A stretch of 64,000 bases of DNA from Octopus sinensis (GCF_006345805.1 NC_042997.1:30256001-30320000); one strand, 5' to 3'; positions 1 to 11,267 are shown, numbered from the stretch's first letter. Notes: generated by a model not told the origin, from the letters alone. A program made the numbers and translations.

Positions 1-1634
1 CTTAGACAGAAACAATGTGATTTTTTTTCTTATCAATCTCCACATATTTTGCAGTTACTTGTTTCTTTTCATTATATGTTTTTTGTAATTTCTGGTAGGG
101 AGGCTTTGGTCTTGTGCTGCAATTAAAAATCCCCCCGTCTCTGCTTTGAGTCCTGAGCTTCTCAGCCATTGTTGGGATTTTGCTTTGTCTATTTCTTTTG
201 CGTTTAGTTTAGCCCAGTATTTGTCATGGAGGAGCTTTTCTTATCATTGTTTTATCATGATCCGTTGCTGCTCTTGTTTTAGTTTGGATTTCATTTGTTT
301 TACAGCTTTCGTTGCTTCTTCTTCTTCTTCATAGTTGTTAGATAGTATGACTGCTTGTTTTTATTTATCAGCTTCCTTAAGGCCTGAAAACAGTTTTTTG
401 TTTTGTTCGTGTTTTGTGTCTATTTTGAAGTAGGTATTTTTGCAGTCCTATCGTGGCATTTTGTAATAGTTTTCTACCTGTATAAGGCCTCTACCACCTT
501 CTATACGTTATATATATAACCTTTCTGTGTCAGAATTTTTATGGTGCATCCTAGATCCTGTCATTATTTTTCTTGTTTTCCTGTCTATTTTGGTTAGTTC
601 TTTTAGTGTCCAGTTAAGGATATTGTAGCTGTAACTTACAACTGAGACGGCTAGATTGTTGATACCAATTATTTTGTTTTTTGCATTGAGCTCTGTTTTC
701 AGTATTAATCTAACTCGTCTATAGTATTCTTTTTTAATTTTCTCTTTCATTTGTGTGTGTTGTATCGTATCTAGTTCATTGATTCTTAAATATTTGTATG
801 TCTGGTTTTGGTCTAATTCTCTTATTTCATTTGCTTTATCTAATGTGATGTTACTACTCTTAACTAGTTTTCCTCTTTTCAAAGTTGCTTTGGCACATTT
901 TTCTAAGCTAAATTTCATGTTTATTTCTTTGGTAAATCCATGTACTGTCTGTAGTAATGTTTACAGCTGTTTATCATTTATAGCGTACAGTGTTAGGTCA
1001 TCAATATATGAGAGGTGGCTGATTGTTTTGCCATAACAGTTGTATCCGCATCCAGTTTTGTTTAGCATGTTAGATAAAGGTGTCAGTGCCAAGCAGAAAA
1101 GAAGCGGAGCGAGCGTGTCTCCTTGGAATATTCCTCTTCTAACGGGGATGGCTTTGGTTTTTATGGGTTTCTCTTGTTTGCTGTAGCACTGTCTTATGTA
1201 TTTTATGATTATTGGTACTGCCTTGTTCATGGCTAGTGTTTCTAGGATCCATGTGTGGGGAATACTATCAAAAGCCTTTCGGTAGTCGATCCAGGCCATA
1301 CTTAGGCCTTTCTTCTTTTTGCGGGTGTCTTCAGTTATGGCTTTATTGATCATTAGTTGACCTTTACAGCTGTATGAGCCCTTGCAGCATCCCTTCTGTT
1401 CTTCTGGAAAGAGTTTGTTTTTTTCCAGATGCTTGCTCAATCTCTGCGATATTATTGCAGTAAAGGCTTTGTAAATTGTAGGGAGACAAGTTATTGGTCT
1501 GTATGTTTGTGGGTTTGCCGTTTCAGTGGATTTGGGAATTAGGATAGTTTTCCCTTTCGTGAGCCATTCAGGCATTGTCTCTGGCTCTACTAGTATGCCA
1601 TTAGAATTTTCAACCAGCTTTTTGTGTGTTTCTG

Positions 1635-1637
<3 letters not shown>
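1..1637 (-). mobile_element. R4/Dong-clade non-LTR retrotransposon, 5'-truncated, frameshifted (RT, thumb, start of zinc knuckle)
   Basis: ORF 961-1638 has YRPITCLPT, WIDYRKAFDSIPHTW, RGIFQGDTLAPLLFCLAL and SHLSYIDDL. ORF 508-918 has the thumb (KCAK, YKYL, IDRKTRK). An FLIAAQDQSLPTRNY-like segment lies near 60-140. The copy starts at a (TAA)n tract. Confidence 0.9.
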
Positions 1638-1675
<38 letters not shown>

Positions 1676-1678
<3 letters not shown>

Positions 1679-2205
1679 TAGTTTTATTTTTATAGCGTGC
1701 TTTCACTTCACTACCGAGCGCAGCTCTGTGTGCCTTAGGTATGTGCTGTGATTTGTTGTGATGCTCTAATGGTTATTGTATGGAAAGTGTTCTGCGTAGG
1801 ATGTGCACAGTGCCAAGTAGTGCAATTTTCTGTATGTTATATGTGTTTGTAAGTCCTGGTGTTTTTGTTATGTATTTGTCTGAATATTTAAAAAAAAAAA
1901 TTTTTTTTTATCATGCCTATGCACCTACTATGATAGGAATTGTTTCTGTTTTCAGGTTCCACATTCTAGTTCCCTCTATTTCCAGGTCTTTGTATTTTGA
2001 GAGTTTCTTCCATTTCTTTTAGAGACACGTTGTCATCAGCCGGTATTGATACATCAATTAGAAAGCATTTATTTTCTTCATGATCTCTGACAACTATATC
2101 TGGTCTGTTGGCCTTAATTTCTCTATCTGTGTGTATCGGCATATCCCAGAGTATGGTTGCTTTCTCGTTTTCTGTGACCTTTTCTGGTGTGTGCCTATAC
2201 CATCT
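1676..2205 (-). mobile_element. R4/Dong-clade 3' fragment (RLE endonuclease and 3' UTR) with (TAA)n tail
   Basis: Minus strand reads WDMPIHTDREIKANRPDIVVRDHEENKCFLIDVSIP..KYKDLEIE..RMWNLKTETIPIIVGA, a PD-(D/E)xK RLE. Tail at 1638-1675. Confidence 0.85.
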
Positions 2206-2211
2206 TTATTA

Positions 2212-2279
<68 letters not shown>

Positions 2280-2282
<3 letters not shown>

Positions 2283-2470
2283 TAGTTTTATTTTTATAGC
2301 GTGCTTTCACTTCACTACCGAGCGCAGCTCTGTGTGCCTTAGGTATGTGCTGTGATTTGTTGTGATGCTCTGATGGTTTATTGTATGGAAAGTGTTCTGC
2401 GTAGATGGTGTGCAGTGCCTAGTAGTGCAATTTTCTGTATGTTATATGTGTTTGTAAGTCCTGGTGTTTT
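2280..2470 (-). mobile_element. R4/Dong-clade 3'-end stub, near-identical to 1676-1866
   Basis: Direct repeat of the 3' end of the previous copy, with its own (TAA)n tail at 2206-2279. Confidence 0.85.
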
Positions 2471-2489
2471 CCCCCTCTCTGTCTTTAAG

Positions 2490-2521
<32 letters not shown>

Positions 2522-2537
2522 AATACATATATATATT

Positions 2538-2568
<31 letters not shown>

Positions 2569-2580
2569 ATATATATATAT

Positions 2581-2707
2581 ATTTATTTTATAGAAGGAGC
2601 TTCTACAGGACTAGAACTGTTTCATTCAAATGAAATCATCAGCTCCTGATGATTTCATTTGAATGAAACAGTTCTAGTCCTGTAGAAGCTCCTTCTATAA
2701 AATAAAT
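2581..2707. repeat. Perfect palindrome, 62-bp arms with 3-nt loop; probable Penelope-like fold-back
   Basis: 2581-2642 is the exact reverse complement of 2646-2707. Each arm carries CTGATGA..GAAAC..GTC. Confidence 0.9.
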
Positions 2708-2910
2708 TAATTTACTTTGCCATGTATTGAGTACCTTATTTACTGTGGTTAACCCCGACTCAACCCGGGACCTACATATATATATATATATATGATATTT
2801 ATATATATATATTTATATATATATACATAAAGACAGAGAGGGGGAAAACACCAGGACTTACAACGCTATTTTTTCATAGCGCGTTTTCAAATAGCCAGAT
2901 AACCGAAGAG

Positions 2911-2969
2911 ATGACGTTGTGGATTCCCACTTCGGCATCTGAAACTCAGAGTTTTATCTTGACTATCGA
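2911..2969 (+). CDS. Putative exon 1 of unknown spliced gene (MTLWIPTSASETQSFILTI)
   Basis: ATG at 2911, open frame, donor GA|GTAATG at 2970. Phase 2 matches the next exon. Confidence 0.35.
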
Positions 2970-3106
2970 GTAATGTAACATATTATTTTATAGATAAATT
3001 TCCTCTATCTAAATAATATTGAGGTCTCTTTCTCTCTTTGTTATCTTACCGTTTTACTAATATATATATATATAATATATATATATTATATATATATATA
3101 TATATA

Positions 3107-3137
<31 letters not shown>

Positions 3138-3312
3138 TTATTATTATATTATTATTATTATTATTATTATCATCATCATCTTCGTCATCATCATTCGCAG
3201 AGGCTGAATCGTTAGTACTCCGGTCAAAATGCTAAGCTACATTTCCTCAATCTGATGTATGATTCAGAAACTATAGTCGTTTTCGTAGAAACGCAGCAAG
3301 TTAACTCCTTAG

Positions 3313-3395
3313 AAACACATCTACGATTAAACAGACATTCATTTGTGTAAAGTTGCAAGATTGTAAATGTTGGTTACGATTATTATTAGCGATGG
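3313..3395 (+). CDS. Putative exon 2 (NTSTIKQTFICVKLQDCKCWLRLLLAM)
   Basis: Acceptor ttaactccttag, donor GG|GTATTT. Phases 2 and 1 match both neighbours. Confidence 0.45.
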
Positions 3396-3665
3396 GTATT
3401 TGATTCTCAATGCAAGCACGATGGGTCAATACCCAGAAACTCGGTTCCGTGTGAACCACGTCAGGCGACAGATGGAAACAACGACTTCCCTTTGCAAAAA
3501 CTGATAGGGCATAGATAGTGTGTCAATAGCCAGCTTGAGGAGATGGGTTCCTGTGGCTACATGCTACATAAGCTTTAGGATTAGCCACATTTAGGTGGCA
3601 AATATACTTCACTATATATATATATATATATGTATGTATATATATATTATAATATATATATATAT

Positions 3666-3737
<72 letters not shown>

Positions 3738-4303
3738 GTATGCATGTATGTATAGTTGCACCTTTTCTTGCCAGCTAAGTATTTCCGCGGAATATTTCAT
3801 CAACCCCTAACTTTTATTATGTATGCAGTATTTTTTTTATTCAGTAGTTTCTTATTACACGCCTGAAGATTCCACAGACGAAACTATTTAAATTGTAATT
3901 CTGAACTTTTTCTCAATTTTTTTATGTATGTGTAAATATATACATATATATATTATATATATATATATATATACACACACATATATATATCATATATATA
4001 CATATGTATATATATATATATGCATGTGTATATATATATATATATATACATATGCATATACATAATATATATATATGCATATATATATATATGCATGTAT
4101 ACACATATATACATGCATCTATATACATATATGTACATCTTCATACATATGGGCGTGTACGTACATTTATAGATGCATGAGCATATAAAAAAGTTATATA
4201 CATATAGATGCACACATATATATACATATACATACATATATATATACACACATACATATACATACACATACATAATACATAATACATACATACAGATATA
4301 TAT

Positions 4304-4377
<74 letters not shown>

Positions 4378-4389
4378 ATATATATACAG

Positions 4390-4477
4390 ATATACGTGAC
4401 GAAACTGAACCTCAATCTGTAGAGATTATTTCTAATTGTCTGTCCGAACACTTCATTAAGATTGATGTAATACAGTG
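4390..4477 (+). CDS. Putative exon 3 ([28 protein letters not shown])
   Basis: Acceptor tatacag, strong donor TG|GTATGT. Complex sequence lying between microsatellites. Confidence 0.6.
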
Positions 4478-4898
4478 GTATGTTTTATATCAGAGCCTTG
4501 AATTCATTTGTTGTTTTTTCTCAACCCAGAATTATTTTCAAGATAACGGGCAATGTGATATGTGAAAGTCTGCAATATCTAATAAAAAAAGTTCCCCATA
4601 AAATTTGATAGAGAAATTAATGAAAAGGCGATGGTAAAGAAGAGAAAAAAAAGCAGTCACCATCATTTTCTTGGAGGAAGTATATTAAAAACAGCAGAGT
4701 CAAGTATAAATTTGACTAAGATGTAAATAAGCAATATATATTTGTGCGCCCAATGTGTAATGTGCATATATTTCCGTTTGAAGTTTTACAAATATACATA
4801 TACGTATTATTACCGGCACTCACATACACATATATATATGTATACGTGTGCGTGCGCTTGTATCGGTGACCTGTGATTGTATTGTTTGCCTCGTATAC

Positions 4899-5288
4899 GT
4901 GGAGGCGCAATGGCCCAGTGGTTAGGGCAGCGGACTCGCGGTCGGAGGATTGCGGTTTCGATTCCCAGACCGGGCATTGTGAGTGTTTATTGAGCGAAAA
5001 CACCTAAAGCTCCACGAGGCTCCGGCAGTGGGTGGTGGTGAACCCTGCCTGTACTCTTTCACCACAACTTTCTCTCACTCTTTCTTCCTGTTTCTCTTGT
5101 GCCTGTATTTCAAGGGGCCAGCCTTGTCACATCCTGTGTGTCACGCTGAATCTCCCCGAGAACTGCGTTAAGGGTACACTTGTCTGTGGAATGCTCAGCC
5201 ACTTGCACGTTAATATCACGAGCAAACTGTTCCGTTGATCGTATCAGCTGGGACCCTCATCGTCGCAACCGACGGAGTGCTCCTATTA
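4899..5288 (+). mobile_element. tRNA-derived SINE family A, full length, with TSD
   Basis: Head GGAGGCGCAATGGCCCAGTGG..GGTTTCGATTCCC with A/B-box-like motifs. 13-bp TSD ttgcctcgtatac at 4886-4898 and 5289-5301. Confidence 0.85.
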
Positions 5289-5469
5289 TTGCCTCGTATA
5301 CATATTACTATGCCGCAATGTAGATATGTGTATGTATTATGTCTATGTGTGTATGTATGTTTACTTGTGTTTTTGTGTCTGTGTCCCTGCATTTTTTGTT
5401 TCTTATACATTCCTTCCCCTCTCTGTCTTTATGTATATATATATATATATATATAATGTTGCTAAACAG

Positions 5470-5578
5470 TGACTTCGAAGTCTCTGCCAGCCAAGCCATC
5501 GGACTGCTGTCTAACGATGGTTCAACTGGCCGAGACTTTGAAGTCAAAGTCAACAACATTTTTGCATCAGAAGAATGA
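5470..5578 (+). CDS. Putative terminal exon (DFEVSASQAIGLLSNDGSTGRDFEVKVNNIFASEE*)
   Basis: Acceptor ctaaacag, C-ending codon bias, TGA stop. TG+T across the junction gives Cys. AATAAA about 95 nt downstream. Confidence 0.6.
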
Positions 5579-5672
5579 ATTTATATTCTACAAAATTATA
5601 CAATAATCCATCAAATTAGTGCAATATTTTTTTATTACAATTGAACGTAAAAACAAACATTAATATAAAAAA

Positions 5673-5678
5673 AATAAA
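5673..5678 (+). promoter_or_regulatory. Candidate polyadenylation signal AATAAA
   Basis: Follows the putative stop at 5578. Such hexamers are common in AT-rich DNA. Confidence 0.3.
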
Positions 5679-5685
5679 TAGGTAA

Positions 5686-5702
5686 ACAGACAGACAACCA
5701 GG

Positions 5703-5738
<36 letters not shown>

Positions 5739-5748
5739 TAGACAGATT

Positions 5749-5846
<98 letters not shown>
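5686..5846. repeat. (GACA)n/(GATA)n microsatellite
   Basis: Directly visible. Confidence 0.95.
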
Positions 5847-5847
<1 letters not shown>

Positions 5848-6119
5848 GTGCATATATGTATGTATACATATTTGTGCCAGTGAGTAGATATATAGGTATG
5901 TTTTTGTATTTGGGTGTGTATGAATCTATGTATATACATATGTATATTTGCCATTTCTCAACTAATCTTTTTGAAGTTTCCATATAAATCCTTCATTATT
6001 CCTGAATAATTCCATGAAGACAAATACCTTGATCCGAATTCTCTCTGGTCTAAAACAGAGAGAATTCATGAAAAGTGATGTTGAAAGGCTAATACTTTTA
6101 ATGGAGTAGCTGTAGAGTA

Positions 6120-6718
6120 GGCGGCGAACTGGCAGAAACGTTAGCACGCCAAGCGAAATACTTAGTGGTATTTCGTCTGCCGCTACGTTCTGAGTTCAAA
6201 TTTCATCGAGGTCAACTTTGCCTTTCATCCTTTTGGGGTCGATTAACTAAGTACCTGTTACGCACTGGGGTTGATATAATCGACTTAATCCGTGTGTCTA
6301 TTTTTGTTTGTCCCCTTTTTGTTTAGCCCCTTGTGGGTAGTAGGGAAATAGGTATTTCGTATGCTGCTACATTCTGTGTTCAAACTCTGCCGTGGTCGAC
6401 TTTGCCTTTCATTCTTTCGGGGTAGATTAAATAAGTACCAGTTACGCACTGGAGTCGATATAATCGACTTAATCCGTTTGTCTGTCCTTGTTTGTCCTGT
6501 CTGTGTTTAGCCACTTGTGAGTAGTAAAGAAATAGGTATTTCGTTTGCCGCTACGTTCTGATTTCAAACTCCACCGTGGTCGACTTTGCCTTTCATTCTT
6601 TCGGGGTCGATTAAATAAGTACCAGTTACGCAATGGGGTCGATATAATCGACTTAATCCGTTTGTCTGTCCTTGTTTGTCCCCTCTGTGTGTAGCCCCTT
6701 GTTGGCAGTAAAGAACTA
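6120..6718 (+). mobile_element. SINE family B (GAGCTGGCAGAAACGTTAGC head) with three tandem 184-bp body units
   Basis: Units start with ggtatttcgt at 6167, 6351 and 6535. Confidence 0.85.
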
Positions 6719-7075
6719 AGAAGTAGAGTAAGAGTAGTTGACTATGATACAAAAACACCCAACTTCCTTTCTCTCTTTCTGCTCCAAACTCATTCTAGTT
6801 TCTCAGTTGTCTTCCTTCATCCACAATATGTAGCGTGCATATACTGAAACACTGTAGCAATTAAAATTTCACATGTAAAAGTCATATCTTTCAGAACACA
6901 TATACGATTTCAAATACTAACGAAGGTTGAAAAGATTTTATTCTCTAATTGTTTCACATTCAAATTTGTTAAAAGTAATGATATATTTTGGTATTTTGCT
7001 GCATGAATACGTCTGTTAAACTTATAATACTCGAAATAAAAGAAACGTTGCACATGTGTGTGTGTGTGTGTGTGG

Positions 7076-7106
<31 letters not shown>

Positions 7107-7479
7107 TGTGTGTGTGTGTATGTGTGTGTGTGTGCATGTGTGAGAGAGAGAGAGAGAGAGTGCCTGTTTTCGTCACTTCCCCACCCACGGTCGGACAACT
7201 GTTTTGGAGTTTGCTTACGTCCCCGCAACTTCTGAAAAGTTCTGAAAAGGAGATCGAAGTACGAGACATTAAAAATAAATTCTCGTACTCACTATATTTG
7301 TTTGACTAAACCCTTCATGATAATACCCAAAGAGTCTAATAACTGAAACTATTAAAAGATAACAGATGAAAAAAAAACAGTAGCTCTATGCGCATTTCCA
7401 CTCCACAGCCTGCTACGCCTCCGCCTTCCTGAGAAGCTAGAAGCATTCTGTCTTTTCTGCGTGAGAATATTGGGAGAAT

Positions 7480-7800
7480 ATAGACTCCCCCCTGTTGATG
7501 TATTGTATCCAATATGTTTGTTCTATTGTGCATAGTATGTGTAGTGTGTGCTGTGTTATCTTGTGGGTGTTGTAATGTGGTATGGTATAGGTTGCATAAG
7601 TTGTGTTATTAGACGTTTGTTGTATAGGGTGTGTGCTGTAGGTTCAAGATGTGAGCTGTTTTTCGGCTGTATATAATGTTGAGGTCCCTGGTATAGTGAA
7701 AGAGATTGTGTTGTTGACAAAACTGAAAAGACTAGCGCCTTCCTTTTTGGCCAAGCACTCACCAACTTTTTTCGATTTCAACTTAGAAAGACATTTAGAT
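7480..7800 (-). mobile_element. Possible highly decayed LINE RT relic
   Basis: A/C-rich minus strand with faint RT-like translation. No intact motif. Confidence 0.2.
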
Positions 7801-8190
7801 TGCAGAAGGGGGTGTTGCCAACCACTAAACTATAAGAATGCGAGTGAATGGAACTAGAATGGCACAAGTAAATGAACCTACTCTAAGCATGTTCATATGG
7901 GTGGAACTAACGAGGTAGAGAAGCACATTTGCTATGGTGCACCTAGTAAGCAGGTGGGGATCCTGTGGGGATCCCTGTTTGTCCATGAAACTCTCTTTAT
8001 CGGGAGAGTCACATCATTATCACCCAATTAATACTGTATACCACATGTACTATTTTTTAAATAATTCGTTTCTATGTAACTCTCTACGCTTTATGGCTGT
8101 CTTAGTTTTGTCCCTTTCATTCGCCGCCTTGATAGCAAATGAAAAAAGTGATAATAATAATAATAATAATAATAATATTGATAATAATAA

Positions 8191-8405
8191 TCCTTTCTAT
8201 TATAGGCACAAGGCCTGGAATTTGTGGGGAGGGGGATAGTCGATTACGTCGACCCCAATACTTGACTGGTATTTAATTTATCCACCGCGAAAGGATGGAA
8301 GGCAAAGTCGACCTCGGTGGAATTTGAACTCAGAACGTAGAGATAGACGAAATACCGCTAAGCATTTCGCCCGGAGGGCTAACGATTCTGCCAGCTCACC
8401 GCCTT
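8191..8405 (-). mobile_element. SINE family B
   Basis: Reverse complement of the family B head and body, between two (TAA)n tracts. Confidence 0.85.
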
Positions 8406-8406
8406 C

Positions 8407-8450
<44 letters not shown>

Positions 8451-8517
8451 GAAGAAGAAGAAGAAGAAGAGAAGAAGAAGAAGAAGAAGAAGAAGAAGAA
8501 GAAGAAGAAGAAGAAGA

Positions 8518-8549
<32 letters not shown>

Positions 8550-8552
8550 AAT
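8407..8552. repeat. Compound (TAA)n(GAA)n(TGA)n microsatellite
   Basis: Directly visible. Confidence 0.95.
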
Positions 8553-10232
8553 AGATCCCACATTAATAGATAAGTAACTGTTTGAGTATATTCATTATAG
8601 CAGACAGCATAAGAGAATTAATTAGCTTTAGCATGGAGAAATGGAAAGTAGATCTCTACTCAGGTGACACAGTTTTGGGGAAAGTTAGTATCAAGAGGGG
8701 AATTTTCCAAGAGGACTCGTTGTCCACTTTAATATTTGCCTTATGTTTGATCCCCCTCAGTTTAGTATTAAGGAAGGCAAAGGCAGGGTATCAGTTCAGG
8801 AATAGTAAGGGAAAAATTAACCATTTGCTCTATATGGATAATATGAAGCATTTTAGTAAGAATGAAAGAGGTAGATTCCTTACCACAGACTGTAAGAGTC
8901 TTCAGTAAAGATATAGGCATGAAATTAGGCATAGATAAGTGTGAAATATTAGCCATGAGAAGGGGACAGGTAGTCAACAGTGAAGGCATCCAAATACCAG
9001 ATGGCCAGACATCAAAATCATTGAAAGAAGGAGAGAGTTATCATTAACTAGGAGTATCAGAATCTGACAGAGTACTAATTATAGAAATGAAAATGAAAAT
9101 TGAGAAGGAGTGCATCAGAAGGTGAGGAAACTAATGAAATCAAAGCTAACTGGTCCGAATCTAATGAAGACTGTAAATACTTGGGAAGTATCATTACTTA
9201 CATACTCAGCAGCTTTTGTAGATTGGACAAAAACGGAAAAGCTAGACAGAAGAACTAGGAAGGAATTCAATATGAATGGTGGACACCACCCAAGAGGAGA
9301 AGTAGCAGTATTATACTTAATTAGAAAGAAAGGCAGAAGAGCGTTAATATCAGTAGAAGACTGCGTGGAATTAACTAGAGTAGATATAGACTTCTATGTA
9401 GGTAATAGTGAAGAAAGCTTATTAAAAGCTGATAGAGTCACAGCAAAACATAGCGAAACCAAACAACGAAACGAAGTTAAAAATCAGAAAATTATATCAA
9501 ACGAAGTTAAAAAAAGAAAACAGAAGTTATCTGACTTGTAGGAGAAGGCTTTGCATGATAGACTCCCAAAGACAGTTGCAGCAAATGGTAGTAGTGAGAC
9601 ATGGTTATGATTGCAGAAAGGAAGGCTGAAAAGTGTGTTAGTAGCAGCACAAGATCAAACATTAAAGACTTATTGGATAAAAGCCAAGACAGACAAAAAC
9701 TAAGTACGTTCCCAATGTAGGTTATGCAAATCAAAAGAGGAAAGCGTTACTCATATAGTAAGTGAATGTAGCAAGCTGGCACAGAAAGAATACAGGAAAA
9801 ACATGACAACCTAGGGAGAGTAATCCACTTGGAGTTATGTAGAAAGCTAGGATTTGAACATACCGATAAATCGTATGAATCTAGTACTAGAAACTAAGAA
9901 ATATAAATTCTTGTAGGATTTTAACATTCAGACTGACAGAGTAATAGAAGCTGGAAGGCCTGATTTGGTAGTAGACTATGGAAACTGCGGGTAAAATATA
10001 TCCCAGTTGTTATAGGCGCATTAGGAACTATCCCTACAGATCTGACCTGATGGATAGGGGAAATAGGCACAAGACCCAGTTTAGTACAGCTGCAGAAAAC
10101 AATGTTATTAGGGGCAGCTATGATACTTAGGAGGGTTCTTGACATCTAAGGTTACTTGTTGTCGCCCGATGTTAGGAATTTTTCTTTTCCATATCTCAAC
10201 ACTACTGTTTGCAGTTGTGTATATGAGTAATA
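8553..10232 (+). mobile_element. R4/Dong-clade retrotransposon, 5'-truncated and degraded (RT, thumb, CCHC, RLE, TAA tail)
   Basis: KRGIFQEDSLSTLIFALCL, INHLLYMDN, LDRRTRK, CRLCKSKEESVTHIVSEC, DFNIQTDRVIEAGRPDL and IPVVIGALG. Ends gagtaataatgataa. Confidence 0.9.
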
Positions 10233-10241
10233 ATGATAAAA

Positions 10242-10430
10242 CCCTTTCTAGTAAGTGCACAACGCCTGAAATTTTAAAGGTGGGAGGGGTAAGTCGATTA
10301 CATCGACTCCAGCGTTTCACAGGTACTTAACTTATCGAGCCCCGAAAGGATGAAAGGTAAAGTCGATATTTGAACAACTCAATGGGTAGCGTCAGACGAA
10401 ATACCGCTAAACATTTGCCAGCTAGCTGCC

Positions 10431-10432
<2 letters not shown>
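10242..10432 (-). mobile_element. SINE family B, diverged
   Basis: Matches the family B body on the minus strand. Confidence 0.75.
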
Positions 10433-10479
<47 letters not shown>

Positions 10480-10500
10480 TAATAATAATAATAATAATTA

Positions 10501-10531
<31 letters not shown>

Positions 10532-10613
10532 GTTGTTGTTGTTGTTGATGATGATGTTGTTGCTGTTGTTGTTGTTGTTGTTGTTGTTGCTGCTGTTGTC
10601 GTCGTCGTTGTTG

Positions 10614-10645
<32 letters not shown>

Positions 10646-10701
10646 GGTGGTGGTAATGATGTTAACGTTGTCATCATCATCCTCATCATCATCATCATCA
10701 T
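10432..10701. repeat. Compound trinucleotide tract (TAA)(TTA)(GTT)(GGT)(CAT)
   Basis: Directly visible. Source of the poly-N/I/V/G pseudo-ORFs. Confidence 0.95.
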
Positions 10702-11267
10702 TTAACCGGTGCTGAGTAGAACTAGTTCAGCAGCCGGCAAAATGTCTTACAATACTGTACTTAATTATGTTATGACTCAAATGCCGGCAAAGTTGATTTT
10801 TTTTTTTTTTAACCCTGAGGTCAATCAAGTACCAGGGAAGTATCTGAAGAATCAGCATATAAATCAATCAACCAAAATTTCAGCGAAGCGAATCTTTTCA
10901 AAGGCCTTGTTTTCGTGACCGAGACACTTAAATTTTAACTGCGCTCCAGCCTTATATTTTTCTGCTGGGATCTAGCACAGATTTCGTTGTTTGCTGTCAC
11001 TGCAGCTGTTTTTCTTTTGTTGTTTTCGTTATTGTTATTATTCTTGTCGTTTAGCCCCAAGTCAACACCAATTCCGTAGATCTAGGATCAAATGCGTTCT
11101 AACCGCATTTTGGTATCAAGGTCCCAGGGACTTATATGTTAGAGTGTGACTAGAAGTGAGGTTTGGCTGTGACTTTTAACAGATCAAATAACAACATAGA
11201 GCATCTCTCGATAGTTCTTCTAAAATGTAGATGCTACTAAGTTTATAATATATAGAGCATGCTGATA

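Noticed and set aside
3865-3900. CTGAAGA..GAAAC..GTA hammerhead-like string
   Set aside because: Stems I-III do not pair.
3612-4291. Many long ORFs rich in Y/I/C/V/H/T (also near 13434, 16102, 18284, 30718 and 54558)
   Set aside because: Translations of (AT)n, (GT)n, (TATG)n and (GATA)n microsatellites, not proteins.
4901-4975. tRNA-like sequences at SINE heads
   Set aside because: They continue into SINE bodies, occur in multiple copies with a TSD, and no complete cloverleaf could be built.
6167-6718. Regularly spaced repeats resembling a CRISPR array
   Set aside because: Whole 184-bp units repeat with no unique spacers, in a eukaryotic context with no cas genes.
10370-10715. Poly-N/I/V/G/T ORFs (also 8324, 28272, 44024 and 63099)
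   Set aside because: Compound trinucleotide tracts with no complex coding sequence or splice context.
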